From Lepidodermella squamata (lineage: Eukaryota; Animalia; Gastrotricha): a stretch of DNA of 64,000 bases. The notes beneath the pieces are model-generated. The model saw only the letters and a list, made by a program, of their open reading frames with translations. It did not search any database and was not told the origin of the DNA. The first letter of the stretch is position 1. Each line of letters begins with the position of its first letter. Below are positions 12,176 to 23,792 of the stretch, piece by piece. A program made the position numbers and the translations under genes. The stretch spans positions 310,001 through 374,000 of the forward strand of contig JBLDXI010000006.1 of assembly GCA_047495785.1 (NCBI GenBank). Direction: 5' to 3'.

Positions 12176-12567
12176 ATGTATCGCCTCACCCTTGTCGCTT
12201 TCGTCTTCACAGCACTAGTAGCTGGTTCTTGTAAGCTATGGCTCACGGCAACCTTTCGAATTTTCTAGCTTCCTGAATTTTAGACGCCATTCGATGCTAT
12301 AGCGGCGTGAATGGTGTGTACATGACGTTGAGCAACTGCAAGCTATGTGCCAAGTCGAAGACAACAATTAGCGGCGTCGAAACTACTGCAAAGGCGTGCT
12401 ACACCGAGGGTAACTACAAAATGGATTGCCGATCGAGTTCAACTGGCGGCATTTCTACGACTCTCTGTTACTGCAACACCGACCTTTGCAACAGTGCTCA
12501 GGCCACTGCCAGTGCTCGAGCTGCTATCACTGGCTCAATTATGCTTGCCGTTTATTTCCTAATTTAA
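12176..12567 (+). CDS. Ly6/uPAR GPI-anchored protein L6 (exons 12176-12230, 12284-12567)
   Basis: Signal exon, 53-nt intron, CYCNTDLCN plus tail; TATAAA at about 12109. Confidence 0.9.
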
Positions 12568-12774
12568 ATAACAATAAGTTTAAACGCCATTCTTTTATAA
12601 TATATCTTCGATTTCTCTGTTTTGAATACTATGTTTGATGTCAAGAGCCTTTCATATTTCATATCGTTGCGAGTATGTGCTGCTCCAATTAACATGATCA
12701 TTTCACGAAAGTATCCGCAAGTCAAACCTTTGCCAGCTAAATGCGTCGGACAAAAGATTACAAAACTTTGAAAT

Positions 12775-13008
12775 TTATATATCTCTCTTGTTCTTTATCT
12801 GCTCTGCTAAGGCTTTTGGTAGAACGCCATCGACCGCTTTATTGAGCTCCTTCTCGCGTTTCAGCAGTGGGTGATAATATTTCGGAGGTTTTCCTGGCTT
12901 TTTAGGCCGTTCACTGCTGATTTGAACAAAATTTGACGTATCAGCCACTGAAGCTTCATGCAAGAGACGGTGATAGTCGTCTGCATTCATAATCACCACA
13001 CCGGATCT
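12775..13008 (-). mobile_element. Penelope-like retroelement fragment
   Basis: Translates GSGVVIMNADDY..L, resembling the (D)KGxxVVIMxxxDY motif that precedes Penelope-like RT domains; isolated short fragment. Confidence 0.5.
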
Positions 13009-14208
13009 TCAGTTGAGCTAGCTAGAGCTAGTTGATCTCTCTCTGGGATCGCAAAACCTTGATTACTCTGTTCTTGAGCCCATTCACTGCCAGTTAATCT
13101 AAATAAAATGATCTACTAGGAACTAGGACCAAATAGCTTTCAGTATATTCCGTATAGCCAGATTCCTTGAAAAATATGACAAAATGATATAGTCGAGGAA
13201 TAGTCTGGAGGGAAGCAGCTGAACGAATGTTTCTCTAACATTTTCAATAGATTCGCTAGAATATATTGACAGACAGGGTGCGATCCTGAATCCTTGAACT
13301 GCCACGGATGAACAAATTGGTTTATTTGCCAAAATTACTAGTGATTTCTACCAAAGAAATTTTAAAGATTTTCCACTAATACACTCTCAAAAACATCTCA
13401 AAATTGAATTCGTTTTCAACTTAGGAACAATCAGACTATCAGTTGCGCAGCGCCGGTTTTTACCAACCTTTTATTCTTTTATTCACTTTGCAATTTCCCC
13501 CTGAGAACTTAGGGGGATGGTGGAAAATTTGCTCAGGCCTCTACTGGGAAGGGAAGTGTGGGCTTGATGCAGCCCAGATAATTAAATGGAACTGTGTCAA
13601 TCGCGATAAAAATTGCAGTAATGCGAGTAAACGGTTATTTTATTGTTCACTCGAAACAATTGTGTCAGGATAGAAGGTTCAGCTTTCTCCAGCTTCCAGC
13701 TGATTATCCTTATGTTACGGACTTTTGCTATTTTGTCGGTTTGAATGCCACCTGGAATTAGCTGGAATTTTTCAAACCAACTTTTCCACCTCTTTCCACT
13801 TGTCTGAACGAATTTTATAACTATGTCCAGCTTCGGTTTGAAATTCCAGCTATCTTCAGCAAGAAAATGCCGATATGGGACTCGAAAGGTATTTTTATCC
13901 AAGCTCATTGCTCGATAGAGCCTCGAAATGTATGTTCCAGACAGCGTGCACATGAGCAAAGGAGAATACGATGTCTAATGTCTGAAGGAATAAACGCGTC
14001 TCGCCAGTCTCTTTTCGTTATAATTCGGTGTAGTGAGGTCTAGGCTTGGTGTTTTTAGTAAATCTATTTGTGTCTGTATTAACCTGGCGTTTTATATTTA
14101 AAAAACCTTATTAACCCCGCATCGAGTCAAGGCGGATCGGATTTCGAGCAACCATCGCTTTTCTACAAAAACTGTGTCAAAAAAGTCTCATTAAAAATTC
14201 GACAAATA

Positions 14209-16668
14209 ATGTTTTTGAAAACACCTGCGCTTTGTGTCTTGCTGACTTTCTACATTGGCAAATCAATCTCGATCAACGATCAATACGTCGATATCGTTTA
14301 CGACAGCCCACGTTTCAAGCCGAAAGACCTACGCATATTCGCATTCCACAACTACAACAACACACCCTTAGAGTCCGGCTATTCATGCATCGCAACTTGG
14401 GAGCTGATGGTTCAGGACATGAATCAGCGCAACGATGTCCTTAAGGACTTCCACATATCAGTAACGGTCAAAAATGAAAGCTTGAGTGCAAATTTCGGCC
14501 CGAGAATACTAGCGAGAACATTTGTTCACGAATACAATTTGCCTGAAAACCTCAATTTAGCGCCCATGATAATCGCTCCTTACTCTTCATCTGGTTGCAA
14601 GGCCACAGTTGGATTCCTGCAACATCTCAATCTAGTCGCGACTTCAACCAGCTGTTCGACTCCGGAAATCAGCGGGCAGAGGAAATTGTTCCCAAATCTG
14701 TACAGAAGTCGAATACCCGGTGAATTGGCAGTTTTCCCCCGGCTCAAGTTCATCGCAGATGTCGCAGGCTATAAGCGCATCGGCATTTTGACTGACGCAG
14801 GCACGCCACGCAACTTCCAAATGGCCATGCTTTTCTTCGACGAATGCATCAAGCGTGGCATTGACGTTGTAGCCTTCGAAGGAGCTGTCCGCCCAGTATC
14901 ACTCGATATCTTGCGAGGAGTTAAAGAAACCGATGCGCGAATCATTGTCATCGATTCAAGCAACCCTGGTTTCATGATGGAGGTGTTTTGCCAGATTAAA
15001 AAAGTTGGCATTAATGGCGATGGCCGGTACCTTTTCATCGCTCATATCGATGCATTTGTCGACCCGAAGTGGCCCAATCAAGAGCTGGACTGCGCTGAAG
15101 CAATTGTCCTCGAATTTTACCGTTACACAATTTTCGTTGGGGCGAACACGGATGTGACTGTAAATTACGGCCCTACCAGCTTCGGTTACGATCTGGACGA
15201 ATTCGAGCGCAGGATTGATATTGCTACGCATAAGACGCGAAATTTCGCGCATTTACGGCGTCACATGTGCCACGATTCTATGATGATGGTTTTAATGACT
15301 TTGAATGATACGGAAAACATCCTACTCAGCCGCAACATGTCTTTGAGTGATTATCGGAAATTCCCTCGCGAAATCATGCTAGCCACCAATGAGACAGCTG
15401 CGAAGATGAGCTTTTCGAATCTTCGTTTCGGAAAATTTCGTTATTCAGAAAGACTCGAGTTGGATTACGAACCTCTGACCGTTGGGTATTATCAACGAGA
15501 GAAAGGCTTCACTCCAATTTACGATGTTAAATGCCCAGAAAACAAGTCGCCATTTGCCCTCGAAAATTACGTAATCATTCAACTGAACCCTTTTGTCTGG
15601 CCAACACGCGATGGCAAACCAGTTAAAGAAAGCTCGACAAAACTCCGCATGATGGATCAACGCGTACTAGGGAAGCTAGGCGTAAGCTGTATCATATCTT
15701 TGGCCCTTGCCTTAATTCAAGTACTAGCAATAATTTATTGCGCTGTGAAGCGGAATTCGACGACAGGAGGCTATCCAATCACAAAGGTTCTCATTATGAT
15801 TGCGTGTTTGATTGGCGGCATTGTACCAGACTTGTTATATTTTCAAAATTTGAATGCCATCTTGCGATCGGATATTTGCTTCATCCAAGGCGTGTTAGGG
15901 ACATTCGCAATTTCACTTATCCATTGCTTATTTCTCGCCCGTCTGATTGTTTCGTTCCAAGAAAAATCAAGGGTCGAATCCAACCCCCGCTCACTTGAAA
16001 GCCAAGTGAACTATGTAGGACGGGCGGTGTTCCTAACTTCAGCTTTGGTTCTATTAATATCAGCGCTGATTGCCTCGTGGCTAGCAGCCGGCAAAGACTT
16101 GGTTGTTATGAGCACGGATCCTTATCGAGTCGAATATAATTACCTCGAAGACGTGTATCTATCGAGCTACGCTCACCTATGCCAGATTCCGTTAGACAGC
16201 CCGCTTTTCATCGTAATCTGGGCAATTAATGCTGTTTTGATTTGTGTGAGTGCGCTCTTCGCTTACAAAATACGAAATGACCGCGAGCAGCTGCTGTCCT
16301 TCGACAAGATTAGATTCAGCCTCGCAGCAGGCGTGCTTCTTAGCTTATACTTCGTTCTCAGCCTATTAACCCTCGCGTTTTCTTCACCGGCGGATGTCAT
16401 TGTTGCTTTCAGTTTTGCATTCACGGTTTATTGTGGCATCCCGCCGATTCTGCTATTTCTTCCCTTGCCTGAGAGCGTTCTTAAGAAAAGGCTGCCTAAT
16501 ATGAGCATTACAGTTGGCCGCGCTTCAGGGCCCAACGGTCAGTTTGTTGAGAAGTCGACAAAACACAACTCATTGATTCGCCTCGATATGAGCGTAAAAA
16601 GTCAAACTGGGAGTTCTTCGCTAAGCAGATCAGATGGACTGGGGCGCGGCAGCCAAATCTTTCACTGA
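14209..16668 (+). CDS. Class C GPCR, GABA-B-receptor-like, intronless (819 aa)
   Basis: Signal peptide; VFT motifs (DVLKDFHI, APMIIAPYSSSGCKA, SCSTPEISGQRKLFPNLYR, TDARIIVI); no nine-Cys domain; 7TM region with Cys at top of TM3 and in ECL2; Ser-rich tail. Confidence 0.88.
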   Translation: MFLKTPALCVLLTFYIGKSISINDQYVDIVYDSPRFKPKDLRIFAFHNYNNTPLESGYSCIATWELMVQDMNQRNDVLKDFHISVTVKNESLSANFGPRILARTFVHEYNLPENLNLAPMIIAPYSSSGCKATVGFLQHLNLVATSTSCSTPEISGQRKLFPNLYRSRIPGELAVFPRLKFIADVAGYKRIGILTDAGTPRNFQMAMLFFDECIKRGIDVVAFEGAVRPVSLDILRGVKETDARIIVIDSSNPGFMMEVFCQIKKVGINGDGRYLFIAHIDAFVDPKWPNQELDCAEAIVLEFYRYTIFVGANTDVTVNYGPTSFGYDLDEFERRIDIATHKTRNFAHLRRHMCHDSMMMVLMTLNDTENILLSRNMSLSDYRKFPREIMLATNETAAKMSFSNLRFGKFRYSERLELDYEPLTVGYYQREKGFTPIYDVKCPENKSPFALENYVIIQLNPFVWPTRDGKPVKESSTKLRMMDQRVLGKLGVSCIISLALALIQVLAIIYCAVKRNSTTGGYPITKVLIMIACLIGGIVPDLLYFQNLNAILRSDICFIQGVLGTFAISLIHCLFLARLIVSFQEKSRVESNPRSLESQVNYVGRAVFLTSALVLLISALIASWLAAGKDLVVMSTDPYRVEYNYLEDVYLSSYAHLCQIPLDSPLFIVIWAINAVLICVSALFAYKIRNDREQLLSFDKIRFSLAAGVLLSLYFVLSLLTLAFSSPADVIVAFSFAFTVYCGIPPILLFLPLPESVLKKRLPNMSITVGRASGPNGQFVEKSTKHNSLIRLDMSVKSQTGSSSLSRSDGLGRGSQIFH

Positions 16669-17231
16669 GCGTATCTACATTTGATGTTAATGACACTCTC
16701 ATTATTCTCTGTATGTCAAAATTTAGCTTGGCGTGAGTTTGGAAAGGAAACAATAGAGCACAGTTTATTTTAAAGCGAAATAAAGACAATAAAACACGCA
16801 TTATCCTAAAATTTGAAACACTTAACAGGCTCACTATTGCTCGAAACCCGCTAGGCCAGGCCAGCAAAGGAGCGCACGAGGAGTGAACACCGGCTGACCA
16901 ACTAATTTGATATGATTCGGCCGTAAAACGGTTAAAACCCGTCCCTTGCGTGGCCCGATATTTATGTATTTGCCGAAATCGAATCAATTTTCTCAACTTG
17001 TCATTGAATGAAGTAATCAACAAGTCAACGTCAATTAAACCTCAAGAAGTCTGACAATTAGGTCAACTTAGCAAAGCTTTATCACGCAAAGGGGCTGAAT
17101 CAAGGCAGTATTTGTATGATAAAACCCTATCTCATGTTATCAAACCAGCATAAGAACGAGATAAGAATACAGCTAAGACGTGGCATATAAGTCTTTAAAC
17201 CCGCATCGACGGTTCTCTATCATCGCGAAAA

Positions 17232-19204
17232 ATGGCTGATGAGGAAAAATCTTCAGATCCAGGCGACGAGTTTGAAACTGTAGAGAAAGTTGATTCCCCA
17301 GATATATCACTAGACAGCGCAGAAGCTGTTGAAGAGCAATCCGCGAGAAGCGAATCGGTTGCCCTGCCAGATGGTAGCCTTGGAGACCAAGTAATGTTTT
17401 TTTTTAATTTCAAGAAAGGCTATGGTTTACTAAAATCTTAATCTAATTAGATCCTGAAGTTTCACGAATCTGCCAGAACCGGTAATGTCACCATAGCGCG
17501 AGCGATACTTGACGCGTTCAAAGTTACAGTAGACGGCGAAAATGACCCGTCATCGAGCCATCAGTTCTTCGAACACAAGGACCAAAACGACTACGGCAGG
17601 ACTGCGATATTGCAAGCAAGTGCAAATGGCCATTTAGATTTTGTCCGATTCGCTGTTGAACAGGGCGCTCATGTGTTGGCGCAGGAGCTGTGCGGTAAGG
17701 AAGACAGCGCGATTCATCTAGCGGCTCAGAATTCGCACATGCCTGTCGTTGAGTATCTACTCAGCATTCATCCGGAAATGGCCGATCTACGCAACAAAGA
17801 CGGCGAAACGCCACTGCTGAAAACAGCCTCGACCGGGAGTCGCGAGATTGCTGAGCTTTTGGTTGACAAGAATCAGGTCGATATCGAAGCTAGGTCGAGT
17901 AAAACTGGCATGACAGCCCTTACTACGGCTTGTTTCAAGGGAAATGTCACAGTCGCTAGTTTCCTTCTTCAAAGGAATGCAAATATCCTGAGCAAGGACA
18001 ACGGAGTTTTCGAATCGATGGCAATCCACCACGCCTGTGATCAGGGTCATTTAGAGATTGTTGAGTTGCTACTCGAGGCTTCGCCAGCTCTTGTTGAGGC
18101 GAAAGACAAATTTGGGGATGTAGGTCTATGCCGAGCTGCCGCGAATGGACAACTCGAAATCGTTCAGTTCCTGATCGAGAGAGCCAGATGTAACCCAGAG
18201 ACTCGTGGCCATTTAGGTCGGACGCCTCTACTTCAAGCAACCGTGAATGGCCACCTTAATGTTCTTGAATATCTTGCAAGAAGAATTAATGCCAACATCT
18301 ACGCTAGGGAGAACGATACAGATTCTTTAGCGATCCATTTGGCATGTGATAAGGGATTTATCGATATATTGAACTTCCTATTGGCGATGGATCCGAAATT
18401 TCTCGAGGCCCAAGACGGCAAGGGAGAAACCCCGTTATGGCGAGCTGCTAATGCTATTCAAATGAAAATTATGGAGCTTTTGATCAAACGAAGCGCGAAT
18501 TTGAACCATCGAAACGCGATTGGCTGGACTCTTTTGATGCACTCGGCAAATTTGGGCCGTGCTCAAGTCGTGCAGCTACTAGCGAGCAACGGGGCTGATT
18601 TATTCGCTCGAGATTTGAGTGTTGATCAGTCGATGGCTATTCATTTAGCTTCGTATCGTGGCCATCGCGATGTTGTTGCTAGTCTGGTAAATGCGAATCG
18701 AGACCTGCTGGAGGCAAGGGAAGCTGGAGGAGAGACGCCGCTCATTCGAGCTGCTTTTGGTAACCAGCTCCGGGTTACGCAATATTTGATCGAGCAAAAA
18801 GCTGCAATCGATGCTGTGAACCAAATTGGTCGTAGTGCTTTAATGTTCGCTGCGAAGGAGGGCTACCTGGATATCGTGCAATTCTTAGCAGAAAATGGTT
18901 AATCCAGCCATTTATTTAAAGGCATTTTTCATTTATTTGAATTTTTCCATTAGGTGCAAATTTACTGCTCCGAGATGTAAAACAAGCTACAGCTCTACAC
19001 ATTGCAGCATTCTACGGCCACCTAACAATCGTTAGCTACCTTCTAGATTGCAAAGTGGCTGAGAGCATGTTAGAGCTTGAGGATATCAACGGTCGGACAC
19101 CCCTTGGTTGCGCTTTGATCAACGAGAAGAACGAAGTCGTACGACACCTTGAAGCGAGAGGAGCTGTCAGAAAATCTTGGCTAACAGCTTTCCTCGGGTT
19201 CTAA
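17232..19204 (+). CDS. Ankyrin repeat protein, about 15-16 repeats (exons 17232-17390, 17451-18897, 18954-19204)
   Basis: Repeated GxTPLxxAAxxGHxxIVxxLL motifs; GT-AG introns of 60 and 56 nt join the acidic first exon and the last repeats in frame; ends RKSWLTAFLGF*. Confidence 0.9.
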
Positions 19205-19337
19205 TGCTGTAAATTCTTAATAAAGGACTAAATGAGCAAATAATTGATTCGCCATGTCTATCTCAAATTCAGAATAAAACAGTTGATTAAATCCTAAATT
19301 TATTCGCTGGGAAAACACGGAAACAAAGTGAAAATCA

Positions 19338-20343
19338 CTAGATGCTTCGAGCTACCAGTGAAGCTAGCGAAAACAAAAAACCAAGTGGTATGATTTGAGA
19401 GGCACCGCTGCTCTGTGTCGTGACTCGATTGTTTGCTTTGTCCGAACCCTTAGTTGTAGCTCCCGTAGTCGTTGTTGTTGTAGTAGTAGTCGTCATTCCA
19501 TTACACATTTTACCAGGTGGTGGGGTCGCACGGCCCGAATCCCTTATCGTCCTTAACTGTTCTTCATTCAGGGCGATACTATAGATCCCAATACTGGCCA
19601 GAGCATCACCGGGTGACATGAAGTAGTTTTGATTCTGAGGCTCTCGAGATCTTCCAAAACTCGGAGTCATCTTCGCTGGGTAAACGAGTTGCAAATCCTT
19701 TCCAGTAGCTGATGCCGGTTTCTTGTTGTGGTAATATATGTTCAACGCAGAGGAGCCATCGTAAGTGACCGCGGCGAAGTGCCACTCCCTCGAAGCGTCG
19801 ATTTGAATTGACGCAGAGGCAATTAGTTGATTCGACTTATCAAACAACGCCCCTCGAACTGTTTTATCGCTGCTTTCGTAATGAGCCCCGAAAAATGCGT
19901 TGTCAAACGTGAGATCGAACAGCCCAATGTTGCGTTCTGCACCCTTTCTGAAGAAGAAAAACACCGTAAATCCTGATCTAATCGGTATCGCTTTGTAAGA
20001 AGCCAGCCATGATTTTTCGCTTGAAACAGAGTAAGCCGTGTAAAATTGGTCATCAAATGCGCCGAAAGGCCCTGTTGCATTCGCATACGGTGTCGGTGAG
20101 CCTTTTTCTGTAGGTTCCAGTGAGCAGATGCTATCATTCAGTTGGGATGGAACGAGAAAGGGCAGAATTTTTGTTGAGTAAGTCAACGGGAGGAAAAACT
20201 GAAGATCATCTTGAGCGGGCCAAACAACATCAGCGAAAGCTGGGTAAAAAATGAAATATTTTTCAAAATATTAAGGCGGAGTTTTTAATTCAATTACCAG
20301 AATTAGCGGTGAGAAGAAACAAGCAACAGGTGAGCGCGTTCAT
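19338..20343 (-). CDS. Single LamG/concanavalin-like (pentraxin-like) domain protein with Thr-rich stalk and probable GPI signal (exons 20343-20298, 20239-19338)
   Basis: Signal exon MNALTCCLFLLTANS spliced in frame to AFADVVWPAQDDLQFFLPL; motifs GPFG, GFTVFFFF, WHFAAVTYDG, IGIYSIALNEEQL typical of LamG_3/pentraxin folds; poly-Thr, then hydrophobic C-terminus. Confidence 0.8.
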
Positions 20344-20581
20344 TCTTATTGTTTAAAATGTTTAATAAAAAATAAATCTATTATATAGGCTGGACGCTGT
20401 TGTGAGATTAACGCCTCTGAGCTACTAGGTGATGCATGCGTGGGTAGTGTTGTAATTGCTCGCTTATTCATCACTCATTTAATGAATAAGCCGTGTTAGT
20501 CAACATGAAAATCCGCGTAAAAAAAACTGTTTGACACGCCAGTTTTTTATTTTAAAAGTCGTAAAACAAGACAGACATGTG

Positions 20582-20905
20582 TTATTGATGCTCGTGCTGC
20601 AGTTCCCTTACGCGTTGCACCCGTGGTACTATGTAAACTTTGAACGACACGTCTCGGCTGGCGACTTTGATGGCATTTTCAAGACCGAGCAGCGTGTTTG
20701 TCACATCAGCTAACGGGCCGAAAGAGCGCGGGCGAACTGGTTGGATTGTTGTCTCAGTGATGACGGTAACCAGTTCGATGTAGACGTCAGCATCACGCAG
20801 CTTGTAGTGGAGAATATTGCCAGATACAACAACATCGGTAGACTCCATGATTACTGTTTCAATTTGATTGAAGAGTGTTGACCAACCACAGGAAATACGG
20901 CTCAT
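20582..20905 (-). CDS. Possible small orphan protein (107 aa)
   Basis: ATG-initiated ORF with plausible globular composition; no recognisable motif. Confidence 0.3.
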   Translation of the reverse strand: MSRISCGWSTLFNQIETVIMESTDVVVSGNILHYKLRDADVYIELVTVITETTIQPVRPRSFGPLADVTNTLLGLENAIKVASRDVSFKVYIVPRVQRVRELQHEHQ

Positions 20906-21136
20906 TTATAACGAGGAAGTGTCGCTATATTCTGAATAATTTTTACGCACGAGTGGGTGTATAAAATCATTTTTAGCTGAAAGATAGATCAGCTGCGCAG
21001 TGGGAACATCGTAAAATACGCTACACACTTAAATCGAGTAGGTAGTGAGTAAACCATATAAGTCAACAAAGTGGGTGGTTTACACAGACGGATTAAGTGA
21101 TAGTGAAACTATTTTTAGTCCCATGGCCACGAAATC

Positions 21137-22364
21137 TCAATTTTGAGCTGTAATAGGTTTACGATTGATTCGGGGAGAATTAACTGATAACTGATTTTCT
21201 CCATTCGATTTGACCTCGAAAATCCGCTTCCTTTTAAAGCGTTTTAGGTACACCTTTCGGACGTCGCTCATAAAACCCGGCCGAAGACTGAGAATTAGCG
21301 GCGTTATAGTCACTTGAGATACCAAAAATAAGCATGAGAATTTGTGCATCCAGGGAGTTTGGAATTTTTGCGCAACGTCGTTGTAAAAAATCATCATGAT
21401 CAACTCCAGGGTGAATGGAAGGTGGAAAATGACGAAAAATATGAACGAGCCTATTGATTGATAGACGAAGAACATCTCACGTCGCTGCCAGTCGTCTCTC
21501 AACTGCGTTGCTGTATTCCGAGAAGACGGCGTAGATGCCGCCCTCTTTTTCGCTGACCTCAAAGTCGAGAAAATGAGCCAATAATTGTAAACCAGGCCAA
21601 CTTCGATCACCGAAATACTGAAACCAAGGTAAATTGTTTGAAATACAACCGTGTCCACATCGCCAATTAGACGGTAGTCAAATACAGAGCAAAACGCCTT
21701 GGCCGTTCCATTGTCTATGCCGGGAATGCTGATCATCTGCATGCTGAAGCTTTGAAATGGGTAAACGGTCAATGTGAACCACATAGCACTGCATAGCAAG
21801 AACAGCCCGAGGACAAGAGCTAAAATCTGAAAATTTACGAGCCATCATTACTTTGAAATTCCTTTCAATTCAAGTACAATTTACTCGTTTAGTATTAGTA
21901 TTCGAATTCGGGTTTGTTGAAAGGATGCAGAGTCGCCTCTCGTAGCTGATAAGTAGCATATCGAAAAAGCTGAAATTTCCAAAGGTGAAGGTCATCCAGA
22001 AGAGCGTTGCGCAAGTGTAACTGTCCGATTCCCAAAACCCCGTTCTTACGTTCATCAGTGTCGCAAGAAAAAATGGCAGGCAGAATAGGAAATTGCTGAC
22101 CCCAAGCAGGACGTTCAAGATGAGGAAATCTCGTTTGACCCGCCGCTTGTAGTAAAATCTGATGTTTATGAAGTTGGTTATTGTCATTAGGACGAGAAAT
22201 GCCCCGAGTAGCCCGACGAAAACTGAGCGCTGCTCGACTGACGTTGCGCTTAGGTCGTGGATGTAGCCGATAAAGTAAGGCCTCGGTTCGTCGTAACCTC
22301 TGCCTGGGATCTTGGCCATAATCCAAACGCCGTCATATCCATTCGTGCGCAGTGATGAATTCAT
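21137..22364 (-). CDS. Rhodopsin-like orphan GPCR G1 (exons 22364-21885, 21826-21137)
   Basis: Seven hydrophobic segments; TM3 YTCA...LLISYERR (DRY variant), ECL2 Cys (AKAFCS), TM6 FHLP, TM7 TPLILSLRP; one intron only. Confidence 0.88.
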
Positions 22365-23792
22365 TCGAAATTTTTCGCTCCTGATTTGTTAACTTGTCAG
22401 GTTTTAATTTGGGAGTCTGCGTGGATGAAACCTGAGTGATGAATGTCTGTGTGCCGTTTTCCATGATAAAAGCTTCCTGCAAACGTCAGTGTCTAAGTAA
22501 CGGCTTATTATGACCACGAGCTAGGCCTGCGCAACCAGCCACGCAAGCAACTACACAAGCTATTTTATTTTAATAACATGTGAGGTTTCTTTGCAGAAAT
22601 TTGCGGAAATTTGAATCCATCAACGAAAAATTTCAATTTGAAACACTTATCCCCTCGCTTAATAAGGGCAGATTAAGCGTTGACGCGCCATCTCTCTCAT
22701 ACAAATAGGTACTTTTATTTTTCAAGTTGCCCCCGACATTCAGCATTTAGCATCAGACGCATGTATTACCCATTCGAACCATGGTGTCCAGGCTTAGAGT
22801 AGCCATAGAACCCCAGAGAAAATAATTCTCTGCAATTTCTCAGCCTGCTCCGTTTTGTTACGACCAAAGTTTGAGAGCAACCACGTCGCAGCCTGATTGT
22901 ACAGACTTTCCGATGTTCTCTTTTCCAATCAAAAACCAAAGCGGGACGTGGAAAGCGACTGCGGCCACGTCGGGGTCTGCTAGACCAGGATCACCTTAGT
23001 ATCTTCAATTGCCGGAAGTTATCCATATCCCCACAACTTGATTTTTCATTTTTCGTTTCATTTTATAGATGACTACGTCATGCAATTAATATAATGCCAC
23101 GGGCTGAGAGTTTCTTCAACACTGAAAGATGTTTCACGATTTTTCTTCATTGTAGCTAATTGGTAAGCTAACATTGAAACAAATTATCGGTCCGGGATCC
23201 GTTAGAGGCCTCTCATACCCGGATTCCCTTTCGATTCAAAGCTACTTCTCCAATGGTTGAATTGAATATATTTTCTTATTGAATGTTCAAAACGGCGGAA
23301 AAATTGCCCATTTGAGGCATACATTGTTGGTGACGGCTAGCTGAGCATCAGCATGTTGATTGTTTTTTTCAACTAGAACTCAAACACAATGAACATTCGA
23401 CGGTCGAGGATGTCTTCAGCCCTGAACAATTCAATTTTTCGACTTATTGATTGTTCATTATTAGGTATTCGAACAATTGAATTGTTCATTAGCGAACTTA
23501 CTGGTCCTTAAACAAGCCAGAGCAAACCCAATTCGGTATGATACAGTAAAAGTCGTGCAAACCGGAATAGCAGCGCATATATTTTAGAATAATATGATTA
23601 TGTTATGAGATCAGTGGATATACTAGTGGATAAGCTACTTGGGAATGTGGATATAAGACAGCGGCTGAATGGGCATTTGTCAATCAATTGTCAATAATGG
23701 AATCTTCCCACAGGTTTTAGAAAAAATTCGTGCCTCTGGGGATTCTTAGCACTTCGCACCACTGCCCATCGGCATTGGATCTGAAACTCCAC

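Noticed and set aside
4005-12567. Regularly recurring conserved blocks resembling a CRISPR-like or cassette array
   Set aside because: They are spliced eukaryotic Ly6 paralogs, not repeat-spacer units; no cas genes or prokaryotic features are present.
16508-17023. 171-aa minus-strand ORF
   Set aside because: Non-ATG start, overlaps the 3' end of the class C GPCR in antisense, and has no recognisable domain.
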